DNA of 62,602 nucleotides, counting the filler, from Chiloscyllium plagiosum (taxonomy: Eukaryota): assembly GCF_004010195.1 (NCBI RefSeq). It is 5 parts of one record of this genome, joined end to end, with 100 filler letters (N's around TTAATTAATTAA, not from the genome) between each part and the next. Parts side by side here need not be neighbours in the genome. Positions count along the whole stretch, not along the records: positions 51,479 to 62,602 come from NC_057717.1; 4 more parts are not named here. One strand, given 5' to 3'. Of this stretch, positions 61,378-62,602 are shown piece by piece. Numbering within the stretch: position 1 is the first letter of the stretch; each line of letters starts with the position of its first letter. The notes under the pieces were generated by a model, which was given only the letters and a program-made list of their open reading frames with translations, was not told the DNA's origin and did no database searches. Made by a program: the position numbers and the translations under genes.

Positions 61378-62275
61378 AGCCTGGGCCAGGACAAGGCTTT
61401 TGACAGAATATCACACACACCTCCATGTGGGACCTCCTCTCCAAAATTGGCTTTGGGGAGGGAGTCTGCAATTGGATCCGACTGAACCACAGCAAAATCG
61501 TTCGCGCAATCTCAATAAACGGGTGGGATCTGGAAGCTTCCCCGTCAGATCCAGAGTTAGGCAAGGCCCTTTCACCGGCCTTGTTTGTGTGTTGTATGGA
61601 GCCCTTTGCTGAGTCAATCAGGATGGATGTGACCCTGACAAGGGAGACTATTCCAGGCAGTAGAGGCCTGCAGGTCAACGCATCCCTGTACACGGATTTT
61701 GTCGACGTTTTCTGCTGGGACCCACTGTCAGTGCACAGACTCATGACCATCTGGGATCAGTTCCAACTGGCTTTGGGAACCAAGGGAAATTGAGGCAAGA
61801 GTGAGGCCATGTTCTGTGGGAACTCGGCTGACTGATCCTTCATTCCCTAAACAGTCAGGACAGATTGCCTAATGGTGGTGGGAAAATAGCACAGAGGGGT
61901 TGGGATGTGCATAAAATCTAGGGAGGAGTGCATGGCCAAAGTGAAGCAGACACTAGTCTTTTAGGAGTACCACTCCCGCCCCATTTATGAGTAAAAACCT
62001 GGTTACCAGGTGTGATGCACTCTCTGTTCTTGGACATGACGCTGATCTGGCCCATCACCCAAAACTGCACGTTTCAGTCACCCGAGGCAGCTTACACTTC
62101 ATCTGGCAGCCTAAGATAGACTGTGTCTGCAGGGAGTCCAAGTACAAAACCGTAGATATGGGGGGATGAACATACTCAACACCGCCCTCTCACTGATGGC
62201 CCCCTTTGTGTGCGGCTGCATCAAGCTGTGTGTAGACCCTCAGTACACAAACACCAAGTGTAACTACATACTGAG
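61378..62275 (+). mobile_element. Tx1-type RT relic, paralog of 52030-52920
   Basis: MWDLLSKIGFGEGVCNWIRL...SPALFVCCMEPFAESIR...VNASLYTDF. Confidence 0.85.
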
Positions 62276-62602
62276 GATCAGAGTCATGGAGCTGTTCAGT
62301 GTAGAAACAGACCCTTCGTCCAACTCACCATTGAGACAAAGTATCCTCAATTAATACAGTCCCATTTGCTTGCATTTCACCCACATCCCCCCTAACTCCA
62401 GGGAAGCTTCTTCGCTATCCATTGCACCTCTAATTTTAGTGAAATCTGTCACTTAGGTACTGTGCCTCCTATGTTCACATCCAAGTAATTTATGTAACTG
62501 AGAAAACACAGTGGACCCAGCACCAATACTTGTGGGACAACGCTGTTTATAAGCCTCCCGAACGATCCACTAACAACCACTAAAGAGAGAGTCGGGGGGT
62601 GA

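Overview
Repeat-dense eukaryotic DNA from a cartilaginous fish. Three HE1-type V-SINEs and HER1/CR1 LINEs point to an elasmobranch, plausibly a carpet or bamboo shark (inference). The only convincing host gene is a minus-strand, uninterrupted TM3-TM7 coding segment of a class A GPCR of the shark-expanded 'GPR139-like' type (43171-43878), cut by an assembly gap. The rest comprises a 6-kb 65-bp satellite with two sequence types, a 6.8-kb C-rich 35-bp minisatellite with 554-bp higher-order units, degenerate ~41-bp minisatellites, many CR1 fragments (one near full-length ORF2), Tx1/L1 RT relics and numerous Penelope-like element (PLE) insertions. The most notable signal is a series of minimal hammerhead ribozyme motifs (CUGANGA...GAAACGUH) in PLE termini. 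These sit mostly in outward-facing inverted pairs in which one arm carries a 30-35-nt extra tail, with target-site duplications, and some pairs are coding-free palindromic mini-elements. Several segmental duplications (inverted 0.9 kb, dispersed 1.8 kb, tandem 1.2 kb and 167 bp) suggest an amplified, unstable locus. Four gaps carry an artificial TTAATTAATTAA linker, so contig order and orientation across them is uncertain. Boundaries of old repeats are approximate and all family calls are by eye, without database searches.
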